DNA of 64,000 nt from the NCBI RefSeq assembly GCF_964213995.1, contig NW_027590175.1:496001-560000 (forward strand), read 5' to 3'. Both the position numbers and the translations under genes were made by a program. Source of the stretch: Mustelus asterias (Eukaryota). Under the pieces are notes generated by a model. It saw nothing but the letters and a program-made list of their open reading frames with translations. It did not search any database and was not told the DNA's origin. This document shows positions 36,515 through 48,528 of this stretch, piece by piece (position 1 is the first letter of the stretch; every line of letters starts with the position of its first letter).

Positions 36515-37135
36515 AAAACCAAATTTACTGTGGATGCTGGAATCTAAAACAAGAATAGAAAATGCTGGAAAACCTCAACAGGTCTGAAAGCACCTGTGAA
36601 GGGAGAAGAGAGCGAACGTTCAAAATCTGGATGACCCATCGTCAGAGCTGAAGACAAAGAAATTTGGACGAGATTTATACTGTAATGGTGAGGGATATGG
36701 GTGTGGGGTGGGTGACAAAGGTGTTACATGTAAATTAAGAAAAAGGGAATTTTAATGGTGGTGATCATGGCTGAGAAGGGAGCTGCTGGCTGCCCATTAA
36801 GAGATCAGAATGTGTTAATGGCAGAACAAAGGAAATGTAAGAGTTGGCCCGAGTGGGGTGGAGGGAGAGGGGGCAACAAAATGGAAAGTGAGATTTTAAA
36901 TAAACAGTGCAAAACATGGAAATTAAAAAAAGTAAATACATATGTAAAAGAAGATATAAAATAATAAAAATAAAGAAATAAGATCAAACGAAATAAAACA
37001 AAATAAATGGAAATGGGGAGAAGATGGAGGAAAGGAGATGCTCTGAAGTTGTTGAATTCAGTGTTAAGTCTGGAACGCAGTAAGTGCCGAATCGGGAGAT
37101 CGGGCGATGTTCCTCCAGTTTGCATTGGAGTTCCT
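36515..37135 (-). mobile_element. Penelope-like terminal region with decayed hammerhead
   Basis: gatgctggaatctaaaacaag...; rc gctctgacgatgggtcatcc. Confidence 0.6.
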
Positions 37136-37741
37136 CCTGATACCATTGTTTATTGCCCCTTCCGTCACGTTACTGATGATCAGGAGTAGACTGATGGTAA
37201 TTTGCGGCGTTGGCTTTGACCTGATATTTGTAAACCGGGCAATCTTGGGCAAATTGTAGCATTGGCGGTTAGATGGCAGTGTTGTAGCGTAGGAACAGCT
37301 TAGCTCGGATTGCGGTAAGATCTGAATCTGAATTCTTCAGCACCATTGCCAGAATATATTTTTACGGCCATAGCATTTGCTGTTTTCAATGCTTTCAACT
37401 TTCTTTTTCTTTAATTCAAATCAAATGGAATTGGCATTTTTTCCGTTCAGTGTCTTCCCGACTCTGTCTCTATCTTTCTCTTTGTAGATCTGCGTCGGTT
37501 ATTCCCTCGCTCAGTCTCTCCATCCAATTCCCCTCTTTTGTTCTTTTTTATTCATTATATTCTCTCCATGTCTGGGTGGAATCAAGCTTCATTGAATTGA
37601 TTCCTGAGATGAGGTGGTTGTTGAGCTGGGCACACGTCTTGATCTTCAGTGGCGGAGGAGACTCAACGGGACATGTGATCCAATCCCACCTCATTGGTTC
37701 TGTTCACTGCCAATAACAGCTCTGGTAGCAATCACTTCTGA

Positions 37742-38100
37742 TGGTGTCACTGATGAGAATTCGAGGACACTAAATTGAGGATAGCGCTATTTGTGGAGGA
37801 GTGGGTTCAAATTCCCCCACCGTCAGATGTTCACTTAATTTGCTTTAAACGTTAAGAATAACGTTGGTCAAACATGTGATCGCCAAAATGTTTCGCAGTG
37901 GAATGTATCATCATTCATTTTGATGAGAGGAACCAGAAGAGGCAATGTAAAATGAGAAACTAACGGGATTGTGGAAGCAGTTTTGTTGCTTCTCCAGTAA
38001 ACCCAATCTTCTTCAGCTGTACGGACTGCTGTGTTTCTGGAGTGTAGTGGTTATCACGTTCATTTCACACGCGAAACGTTCCTGGTTCAAGACCGCGTTA
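37742..38100 (+). pseudogene. Decayed tRNA-Leu (~37742-37825) and tRNA-Val(CAC) (38033-38100)
   Basis: ggaggagtgggttcaaattccc; gtttctggagtgtagtggttatcacgttcatttcacacgcgaa. Confidence 0.6.
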
Positions 38101-38468
38101 GATTAACTGACACAAGGAATGATGGACAAGTGCAACATTGAGCTGGTGATGGTGGGGTCCGGGTGATCTATTGCTGCCGAATCAGTGTTTTCACCGCCAG
38201 GGCCCGGGGTTTACAACAATCGATAACTAAGGAGAACATTTTGAATTTGCTCCGTTTGTGAGGATAATTGGACCTGAACACAAGGAAAGAGGTGCATTTT
38301 ACTGGCATCATAAAGTGATATCATGATTGAGTGAATGTGTCGCAGGCGAAAGTGGCCTGAAATGAAACAATGACTAAAGCGATGATGATCAACTGATTGC
38401 AAATCTCTGAAATCAGCTTCACTGGACGTTTCGTGGTCAAAATTCAGTACGGTGGTTCGGGTTTGATT

Positions 38469-40965
38469 ATTTTAAATTGTCAGAAAGTGTAAATCTAAAC
38501 ACTGACGAAATCTCAGTAAATTCCAGGGCAATCAAATTGCAGACGCTGCAGCGAATGCCTCTCCTGGCGTCATTGCATCAACCCCAGAGGATGATTGCTC
38601 AGGAATACAATGCGCTGAGAGGCAGGGAAGCCACTGTAGACAGCGGAGTCCATCTTCATGTGTCGTGTCATTCACTCACTCATCTGTCCCAATTTAAAGA
38701 GTTCGGAAGCGAGAGGCCAGAGTGCGATCCGTTACACCATGGAATCGACAGCTCTGTGACCGAAGACACTGGACTTTTCTCCCAAAAAGGGAGCTGGGGC
38801 TGTTCTCTCTGGAGCGGAGGAGGTTGAGGGGAGACTTAATAGAGGTTTATAAAATGATGAAGGGGATAGATAGAGTGAACGTTCAAAGACTATTTCCTCG
38901 GGTGGATGGAGCTATTACAAGGGGGCATAACTATAGGGTTCATGGTGGGAGATACAGGAAGGATATCAGAGGTAGGTTCTTTACGCAGAGAGTGGGTGGG
39001 GTGTGGAATGGACTGCCTGCAGTGATAGTGGAGTCAGACACTTTAGGAACATTTAAGCGGTTATTGGATAGGCACATGGAGCACACCAGGATGATAGGGA
39101 GTGGGATAGCTTGATCTTGGTTTCAGATAAAGCTCGGCACAACATCGTGGGCCGAAGGGCCTGTTCTGGGCTGTACTGTTCTATGTTCTATGTTCTAAAT
39201 CACACACACGTACCAACACTCGCTCTCTCACGCTCACGCGCACGCACACACACACGCACTTGCTCAATAATTGCTGCACTTAGTCGGACCATATCAGATG
39301 TAATTTCAGAATCCTTGATTGCAGCCCCACGTTAGACTCAATCGTGTTTAACCTTTGCTGCTTTCCTGGGTGAACCCCAGCTCTCCATCCCTCGGGCAGC
39401 GTCACCATTCAAACTGAATCTTTTCCCATCCCGCTTTGTTGATCTCAGTGTCTGAATGAAAACTAATGTTCGTTCGGTGAGAAGTTTTCTTCTTACCCTG
39501 GGAATCTTTATCCAGAAATGCGTGATATTTTTGTCAGTGTAAACGGTTAAATCTGGCCCATTAGCACCCAGACGTTACCTTGTTTCACGATCTCTATCGG
39601 CAGAACCTTCCACCCTATCACTGTCCTTCACTCTCTGTGTTTGTTCTTGACCAGTTGCACATGTGACATTTCCAGCTCGCAAGCAAAACTACAAATCTCA
39701 CTCCACTGATTCTGACAGAGCTGTTTTCGATCAGGAAGTACTTCAAGTTTTAAAAAAAATCAAAAACATTAAATCTGAGTACATGGAAGCCAGTCTGCGA
39801 CCCTGAAAGCGCCGACCACTCACGACTAGATGACCAGGATCCCACCTGCCCGATTCTCCCAGATACTGATTACAGCAATGTGCGCAGTGCCAATTATCCA
39901 CAGACACACTCTCCTTCCTGTCTGTTAAGGTTAGCAATTGTTCACATTTTCACACTGGCTTCCAATGCGACGAAAATAGAGGGTGAACAGCTGATGCTGT
40001 TCAGTAGATTTACCACAATAAAGTTTATAACAGGTCGATGCTAACATTGCTCTTTGAATGTGGTGAGCTGCAGTGAAATTCAATGCAGTTGAAGATAGCG
40101 TACTCATTATTTTAGGAGGAAACAACAAGGGCATTGTCAAAATGAATTGCTGCGGGTAATTGACGGGATTGTGGAATGGGAATGATTTTTCTCACTGCTG
40201 TTCAAACTGGCACAGGTATTGCATGATTATTTGCAGGCGGCGACTGCGTGTTGGGTTCCGTGGTGTAATGGTGAGCACTCTGGACTTTAAATCCAGCAAT
40301 CCGAGTTCAAATCTCGGCGGAACCTTGCTTTAATTAGTCAACACTGATGGTTGATTTGCCGAAGGGAGTTTTGTTCAATATTTTCACAAAGTCCGAATCG
40401 AGAGGACAATTTGTCAGCCAGTTCAACTGCTATTACAATGCGTATTGCTGAGCCTCTGGCGCCAGATGCCTGCCGCATCAATGTCTTTTCATATTTTTTC
40501 TTCTCTTCAAATACTCTGTTGAAGGAAAGGAGCAGCTGGTGCCGGAGCAACAGCCATTCGAATGGAGTCCAGCAATTATTGAGCAAGTGTGTGTATGTGT
40601 GCGCGCGCGCGTGAGAGAGAGCGAGTGTAGGTGCGTGTGTGTGTTTTGGGAGAAAAGTCTAGTGTCTTCGGTCACTGTGCTGTCGATTCCATGGTGTAAC
40701 GGATCGCACTCTGGCCTCTCGCTTCCAAACTCTTTAAATTGGGACAGATGAGTGAGTGAATGACACGACACATGAAGATGGGCCCCACTGTCTACAGTGG
40801 CTTCCCTGCCTCTAAGCGCATTGTATTCCTGAGCAATCATCCTCTGGGGCTGATGCAATGACACCAGGAGAGGCATCCGCTGCAGCGTCTGCAATTTGAT
40901 TGCCGTGGAATTTGCTGAGATTTCGTCAATGTTTAGATTTCCACTTTCTGACTATTTAAAATAAA
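38469..40965. repeat. Inverted duplication, arms ~38469-39280 (with CR1 insert 38788-39198) and ~40566-40965
   Basis: ORF track gives near-identical peptides on opposite strands (QTLQRMPLL.SLHQPQRMIAQEYNALRG...). Confidence 0.92.
40254..40325 (+). tRNA. tRNA-Gln body with TTA anticodon (candidate ochre suppressor)
   Basis: GGTTCCG/CGGAACC, CTGGA-CTTTAAA-TCCAG and CCGAG-TTCAAAT-CTCGG all paired. Confidence 0.8.
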
Positions 40966-41009
40966 ATGCCCTCCTGCAAACCCATCATCGGCTTTAGCAA
41001 AAAAAAGCA

Positions 41010-41769
41010 AGGCTCCGCCACGATGCAAACTCGGGCTGTTGGATTCAGATTCCAGAGCGCTCACTGGTACACCACATATCCCAGAACGCGCCCACCGCTG
41101 GCAAATGGTCACTCGAAGAATTTGATCTCTTTCATTCGGTGTGACAGCAACAGCAAGTGTGACAACAACGTATCGTTATGCGCCACCGTTGAAAGCAGAA
41201 AAGCTCAGAAGACAGAGTGCCCCAAATCTACAGCAAATCAATTCACCGCAAGAGCTTTCGGGAGATATCTCCAGAAATAGTCAGGTTTCGCAGGTCATTT
41301 GCAGTTCCTTGACGTGTTCTGTGTTCCGTGGTGTAATGGTGAGCTCTCTGTCCTTTGAATCCAGCGATCTGAGTGCAAATCTCGGCGGAACCTTCCTTTC
41401 CTTCGCCAATGCTGATAATTGATTTTCTCAAGAACATTTCGTTTACATTTTTCACCAAGTACGAATCGAGAGGACAATTTGTCAATGCACTTTGCTGAGA
41501 CTCTGGCGCCAGATGCTTGCAGCATCAGTGTTTTTCTTTTTTCATCTTTCGCCACTCTTTGACGCTCTGTCGAATCAAAGGAGCAGTTGGTGTCAAACAA
41601 CAACAACCCTTCGACAGGAGCCTGGCAATAATTGAGCAAGAGTGTGTATGTGTGAGATCGGGGTGAAAGACCTCCTGCTTTCAGCTGGCGCCCTGTTGGT
41701 TCCATGGTTTAACGGTGAGCACTCTGGACTTTGAATCCAACAATCCGAGTTCGAATCTCAGTGGAACCA
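41010..41769. pseudogene. Three tRNA-Gln pseudogenes: CTG (41010-41081, -), TTG (41322-41393, +), TTG (41698-41769, +)
   Basis: Gln bodies with several stem or B-box substitutions. Confidence 0.8.
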
Positions 41770-41839
41770 CTGTTCTCAACACCCCAACTCTTGCTGAACT
41801 GCGGACAGATAACTCAGTGAATGATATCGGACAACTGTG

Positions 41840-42140
41840 CGTTTTGTGGTTAGCACTGCTGCCTCGCAGTACCAGGGCCCGGCATTCAGTTCTGGCTTCG
41901 GGTGACTGAGTGCAGTTTGCACATTCTCCCCGTGTCTGCGTGTGTGGAAGAAAACCGAGCACCCGGCGCACAATCCAAAGATGTGCGTGTTAGGTTGATT
42001 GGTCATGTTACGTTGCCCTTAGAATCAGGGGACGAACAGGGTAAATATGTGGGATTACGGGGATAGAGCCTGGGTGGAATTACTGCTGGTGCAGGATAGA
42101 TGGGCCGAATGGCTTCCTTCTGCACGATAAAGGTTCTATC
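41840..42140 (+). mobile_element. HE1-like SINE
   Basis: gtggttagcactgctgcctc head; gatgggccgaatggcttcc tail. Confidence 0.8.
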
Positions 42141-42207
42141 ATTCTGCCTCCGAGCTCTTTACATTCTTGAGCAATCGTCCTCTGGGGCTGAAGTCGTTTC
42201 GCGAGGA

Positions 42208-45200
42208 CAGTGGCTCCCAAACCTTTATCACGGGGCCGCACTTTCGGAATAAAAATTTGCTCGCGCCACACCAAAATCTTTATTGATAAGAAATACATTC
42301 AAAAACAAAAAAAAAAACAACTCCTCGCAGTGCTTCATTCATAACATAGAACACAACTACTTTCTAATATGATCATGGAACATCCAGAAAGTATAAAACA
42401 ATGCAGCGACATAAAAACATGATTCATTCCCAAAATATACTTATAGACGAGCCCCTTGCATATGTAACCTTAAGTAAGTATGCAAACTCCATGAGAGGTG
42501 TGGGCTTGTTTTTGTCGGGTAATCTCATTTACATTTGGTCTAATTTGAGACAAACAAACTCTCATCTCCTCATCAACACAAAGAAGCCTTTCTCTTTTCT
42601 GGTCTTTGATATTTGTCAGAGCTAAAAATCCCTGTTCACAACAATATGTCGTGGAGAACTGTAGAAGAATAGCTCATGCTCTTGAAGAGATGTGTGGATA
42701 CTGTTTCTGGTTGTATATCCAAAAAGAGTCCAGTGGCATACTCCCGTGTTTCATTTTCAAGGTGCGATCACTCGAAATGCAGGCCATTTCCTCCTCCTCA
42801 TCCAATGTCAGACCTGAACAGCTGGAATTCGCAAAGCGGTCTCTAACACAGTCGAATTTTTTCTGTCGACAACGATGGGAAGTAATGATCAATCTTTTCT
42901 ACCAGTGTTGCAAGATGTTCCTGTCTGAGGCCGTACGATTCATTGCTTGTTTGAAAACTTTTTAAGAGTGGGAACATTTCGAGATTATGTTGCATTGCTC
43001 TTCCGAGCCAGAGCTGAAGCTTTTTTTTCAGTGCAGCTGGTTTGTCTGTCGATGTGAGGATATTGTCATCGCAGCCTTGCATACTGGCATTGAGCACATT
43101 CAACCGGGAAGAGATATCGGCCAAATATGCCAGCTTTGCACACCAGTCATTGTCATCCAGTTGGTGGTACAATGGGTTCCCTTCTTGTTCCAAAAATTCT
43201 ATGTCTTTACAGAGTTGAGCAAATAACTGCCCCTTTAGTGGTTTTGCCTTGATGAAGTTCACAATGCGCACAGTCTGATCTAGAACCAACTTCAAATCAG
43301 CTACAAGCGTCTTGGTGATTAATGCCTCTCTGTGTAAAAAACAGTGAGTTGATATTACATCTGGATTTTTCTGTTTGATGAATGCCACCAAGCCTCTCAC
43401 ATTCCCTATCACAAATGGCGCTCCATCCGTACAAATTCCAATACAAGAATCCCATGAAATCTCAACTTTTTCCAAATACTCAAGCAAGGTTTGGAAAATA
43501 TCTTGCCTCTGATATGTTTTTCAAGTTCCTTGCAAATTAGGAACTGTGTGATTATTTCGTCATTGTGAATGAATCTGATATAGGCAAGCAACTGTGCTTT
43601 TCCACAAATGTCGGTCGATTCATCAACTTGAATGGCAAATTTAGAATTCTTCATACTTTCGGAAACACGCTTCTCATTATTAGCTGACATATCAACTATT
43701 CTTGTGTGAATTGTATTATCAGACAAAGGAATTTCCATAACTTCTCGCTCAGCATCATCATCAAACCAAGTTTTCACAATCAAGCTGCAGGCAGGCTGAA
43801 TCACTTTTTCAGCTACAGTATGTGGTTTTGTCTGTTGAGCAATCAATTCAGCCACTTGGTAAGATACAATCTGCATCTTATCTGAGACTGTCATTCGTTT
43901 TGCGAAATATGATAAAGAACAAAGAACAGTACAGCACAGGAAACAGGCCCTTCGGCCCTCCAAGCCTGTGCCGCTCCTTGGTCCAACTAGACCAATCGTT
44001 TGTATCCCTCCATTCCCAGGCTGCTCATGTGACCATCCAGGTAAGTCTTAAACGATGTCAGCGTGCCTGCCTCCACCACTTTACTTGGCAGCGCATTCCA
44101 GGCCCCCACCACCCTCTGTGTAAAAAACGTCCCTCTGATGTCTGAGTTATACTTCGCCCCTCTCAGCTTGAGCCCGTGACCCCTCATGATCGTCACCTCC
44201 GACCTGGGAAAAAGCTTCCCACTGTTCACGCTATCTATACCCTTCAGAATCTTGTATAACTCTATTAGGTCTCCCCTCATTCTCCGTCTTTCCAAGGAGA
44301 ACAACCCCAGTCTACCCAATCTCTCCTCCTAGCTAAGACCCTCCATACCAGGTAACATCCTGGTAAACCTTCTCTGCACTCTCTCCAATGCCTCCACGTC
44401 CTTCTGGTAGTGCGGCGACCAGAACTGGACGCAGTACTCCAAATGTGGCCTAACCAGCGTTCGATACAGCTGCATCATCAGACTCCAGCTTTTATACTCT
44501 ATACCCCATCCTATAAAGGCAAGCATACCATATGCCTTCTTCACCACCTTCTCCGCCTGTGTTGCCACCTTCAAGGATTTGTGGACTTGCACACCTAGGT
44601 CTCTCTGTGTTTCTATACTCCTGATGACTCTGCCATTTATTGTATAACTCCTCCCTACATTATTTCTTCCAAAATGCATCACTTCGCATTTATCCGGATT
44701 AAACTCCATCTGCCATCTCTCCGCCCAATTTTCCAGCCTATCTATATCCTGCTGTATTGCCCGACAATGCTCTTCGCTATCCGCAACTCCAGCCATCTTC
44801 ATGTCATCCGCAAACTTGCTGATTACACCAGTTACACCTTCTTCCAAATCATTTATATATATCACAAATAGCAGAGGTCCCAGTACAGAGCCCTGCGGAA
44901 CACCACTGGTCACAGACCTCCAGCCGGAAAAAGACCCTTCGACCACTACCCTCTGTCTCCTATGGCCAAGCCAGTTCTCCACCCATCTAGCCACTTCCCC
45001 TTGTATCCCATGAGCCTTAACCTTCTTAACCAACCTGCCTTGTGGGACTTTGTCAAATGCCTTACTGAAATCCATATGGACGACATCCACGGCCCTTCCT
45101 TCATCAACCGTTTTTGTCACTTCCTCAAAAAACTCCACCAAATTTGTAAGGCACGATCTCCCTCTTACAAAACCATGCTCTCTGTCACTAATGAGATTGT

Positions 45201-45905
45201 TCCGTTCTAAATGCACATACATCCTGTCTCTAAGAATCCTCTCCAACAACTTCCCTACCACGGACGTCAAGCTCACCGGCCTATAATTTTCTGGGTTATC
45301 CCTGCTACCCTTCTTAAACAACGGGACCACATTCACTATCCTCCAATCCTCAGGGACTTCACCCGTGTCCAAAGAAGCGACAAAGATTTCCGTCAGAGGC
45401 CCATGATCGTTGGCATTTCTGCTGTTCCAAAAGCCTTTCAAAATATTGAACATCCTTGTTTGCCAGATTTCCATGTTTTGACAACAGATGTCTTTTCATC
45501 TTGCTTGGGACCATATTGGAATTGGAAAGCTTCTCACCACAGATCAAACAAATAGGCCGAGGTACGTTTTCATCTCCAGTCCATTTGAAACTGAGACTCA
45601 GATAGCTATCCATATATTGTCGACAAACTTTCTTTTTTGGAGGTTTGCTTGGGCCTGCCACTGGTGTAGAATTAAAGGACTCTTCTTCAGCACCCTGTTC
45701 GAATGGCGATTCTGGATCACAACGTGTACTCGGATCGTCCTCAGCATCACTTGATGCTCTGGTTCTCACTTTGGAAAAATATCTATCCATGTTTAAAAGT
45801 TTCTTTGATTGCCCAGTAGGCCTCAAGGCCGGATCAGATCCGACGGGTCCCGGATTTGCAGCTGCGCGGATTTTATCTGAGATCAGGCCCAGTGCCGTGG
45901 CCGCC
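42208..45905 (-). mobile_element. hAT (Buster/Charlie, ZBED5/SCAND3-like) DNA transposon, defective, one TIR visible
   Basis: TIR cagtggctcccaaacctt at 42208; ATG 45790; BED finger CLIC..H..H; IQVDESTD, CTDGAP, HCFLHRE, CEQGF; frameshifts and internal deletion. Confidence 0.92.
43914..45402 (-). mobile_element. CR1 LINE inserted in the hAT transposase, 5-bp TSD ATGAT
   Basis: ATGAT at 43909-43913 and 45403-45407; RT ORF 44329-45400; (aaagaac)n tail. Confidence 0.95.
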
Positions 45906-45914
45906 ATGTGTAGG

Positions 45915-46780
45915 TTAGGAGATTAGAGGGGTCAGTATTTCAGGGTGTGGGGATAGGGCCTGGTGCAAGCTGCTCTGTTGATTAGTGGGGTCAGTATGTC
46001 AGGGAACAGGGAAAGCGCCTCGGTAAAGGTGCTATGATTAGTGGGGTCAGTATGTCAGGATACAGGGATAGAGCCTGGGGAAAGGTGCTCTGTTGATTAG
46101 TGGGGTCAGTATGTCAGAGCACAGGGATCGGGCCTGGGTCAAGTTGTTCTGTTGATCAGTGAGGTCAGTGTGTCAGGGATAGGGCCTGGAGAAAGGCGCT
46201 CTGTTGATTATTGAGGTCAGTGTATCCAGGTACATGGATAGGGCCTGGGGAAAGGTGCTCTGTTGATTAGGGGGGTCAGTGTGTCAGGGTTCAGGAATCG
46301 GACCTGGGTAAAGGTGCTGTGTTGATTAGTGGGGTCAGCATGTCAGGGGGCATGGATAGGGCCTGGAGAAAGGTGCTCTGTTGATTAGTGAGGTCAGTGT
46401 ATCCGTGTACAGGATAGGGCCCGGGGAAAGGCCCTCTGTTGATTAGTGGGGTCAGTATGTCAGGGCACAGGGATCGGGCTTGGGGAAAGGTGCTCTGTTG
46501 ATTCATGTGGTCAGTATGTCAGGGCACAGGGATAGGGCCTGGGTAACAGTGCTCTGTTGATTAGTTGGGTCAGTATGTCAGCGTACAGGACTAGGGCCTG
46601 GGGAATGTTGCTCTGATTAGTGGGGTCAGTATGTCAGGGTGCAGGGATAGAGCCTGGGTAAAGGTGCTCTGTTGATTAGTGGGGTCAGTATGTCAGGGTA
46701 CCGGGATAAGACCTGGGTAAATGTGCTCTGTTGATTAGTGGGGTCTGGAGTCAGTATGTCAGGGGATTAGTGGGATCTGG
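45915..46780 (+). repeat. Minisatellite, ~59-bp unit, ~15 copies, derived from SINE interior
   Basis: ctgttgattagtggggtcagtatgtcagggtacagggatagggcctgggtaaaggtgct repeated. Confidence 0.92.
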
Positions 46781-47246
46781 AACGAAAGTGATCTGAAATG
46801 ACGCAACAGAAACAGAGAGGGTGACCAGCGAATTAAAAATCCCTGATATTATCTATTGTGGAAGTCGCATTGTGAGGATTCGACGCCACGGAGTGAATAA
46901 CGTCTTTTCTAATTCTTCATTAAATCAAAATACTCCTCACAGTGTCTGTTAAGGGAGAAACAACGTTGATCTTTCAGCTGGTTGAACTTGTATCAGACTG
47001 GGAAAGTCAGAGATGAAACATCAGCAATGAACTCTGAAGAAGAATCACACAGCAGACACACGGCAGACATTTATCACAAAAGGAGCTGACACATGTTAAA
47101 TTCTGCCTCTTTCAAGTCGCATTGATCTAGTCCTTCTTCTCCATTCAGACATTTCCACATCCATCAGATATCACCCACCTGAAAATCCAGCCTGTTCCTC
47201 GTTCCGCTGATGATGATACACTAACTCCGTGCTGAACCCAGCCATT

Positions 47247-47270
47247 GGCTCCATAGCTCAGTGGGTAGAG
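47247..47270 (+). pseudogene. 5' stub of tRNA-Thr paralog, truncated by an old CR1 (~47270-47740)
   Basis: attggctccatagctcagtgggtagag; upstream 46790-47185 is homologous to 4670-5090. Confidence 0.75.
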
Positions 47271-48005
47271 GAGATTGGGTGTAATGTTGGAAAGTGACAA
47301 GATGTTCTCTCGTTCGTAAACGAGGGAAGAGCAAAGCATGTTTGAAAATGGGAGCTGATTTATCAGTGTTGATGTTCAGAATGACTTGGGTGCTTTTGTA
47401 AAAGGAACACTTGACATTCGCGTGCAGGTGCAGCCGATAATTAGAAAGGCAAATGCAAGCAGATTGGAATACAAGAATAAGAACAAAACTTGCTACAGTT
47501 TTATGGGGTTTCGCTGGGACCACATGTGGCACAGTGTGTGCAATTTTGATATCCACATTTACAAAAGAATAGCATTGCACTGGAAACAGTCTCTGGGATG
47601 AGAGAGTTCTCCTGGGATGAGAGGTTGTGTAAACTGCGCTGAAATTACCTGAAGCTAAAAAAAAGTGAGAGGATATCTCATTGAATCCTGCTGAATACCG
47701 AGACATTGTTTGCACTGGTCGGGAAATCTAAACCAGTCTCAAGATGAGCACACCTCGGCGAACTGACACAAAAGCACTTACAGACATGACTCTTATTAGA
47801 TTCTAATTCTTAACTTTCATAACATATTTGAAATAAATATATTGATGCATGTATTATGTATGGAATTAATATTTATTACAGAAATAATGTTGGTGACACC
47901 GGTTAACAGTAGAGACCACAACACTTGAGAAATATTTTTCGTTTTGCCCAAGGTCCCAGGCACTCTGTGACAATGAGTGCTGATGGAGAAAAAATAGAAA
48001 ACTCT

Positions 48006-48528
48006 GTCAGGGGATTGGTGTCGAACCACCAACCGATCTGTTAATAGTCGAATGCGCTGATCAATTGCGCTTAACAGACTGGCATATACTGAGCCGACAC
48101 TATATTAGAGTGTCAGCGAGTGCTGGATATAATCTAAAGTAATTTTATTTTGTATAAAACCAAATCCAGAACTTTCGCATTACCACACCATTTACAATTC
48201 TATTCAGTCAATTTGACTATTTCATCCACACAGTGTTGCTGTGAGTTAGTGGTTTACCCGTTCTCCTAACATGGGAAGGGACCGTTTGAAATGGCAGACA
48301 GGGAGAAACTGTTTCCACTGAATGGGATCAGTAGCCAGAGGACTGGCACTGAAGATTCTCAAAGGCAGACTTGCATTTATATAGCGCCATTCCCGATTAT
48401 TGGACGCCAAACGCGCTCATCAGCCAATGATAGGCAGTTATAATTGAAAATGCAAACTTGCCAACCAAACATTGAAGATGGCATTGATTTATCTGCAGTC
48501 AAATGCTCAACCACTGAGCTGTACCCCT
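48006..48528 (-). pseudogene. Decayed tRNA-Asn (~48006-48079) and 5' half of tRNA-Cys(GCA) (48487-48528)
   Basis: rc ggttggtggttcgac; rc ggggtacagctcagtggttgagcatttgactgcagat. Confidence 0.7.

Noticed and set aside
42470-45790. Domesticated ZBED5/SCAND3-like host gene or RAG-like transposase
   Set aside because: Has a TIR, frameshifts, an internal deletion and a LINE insertion; motifs are hAT, not Transib/RAG
45915-46780. CRISPR-like array
   Set aside because: No unique spacers; head-to-tail minisatellite in a vertebrate genome
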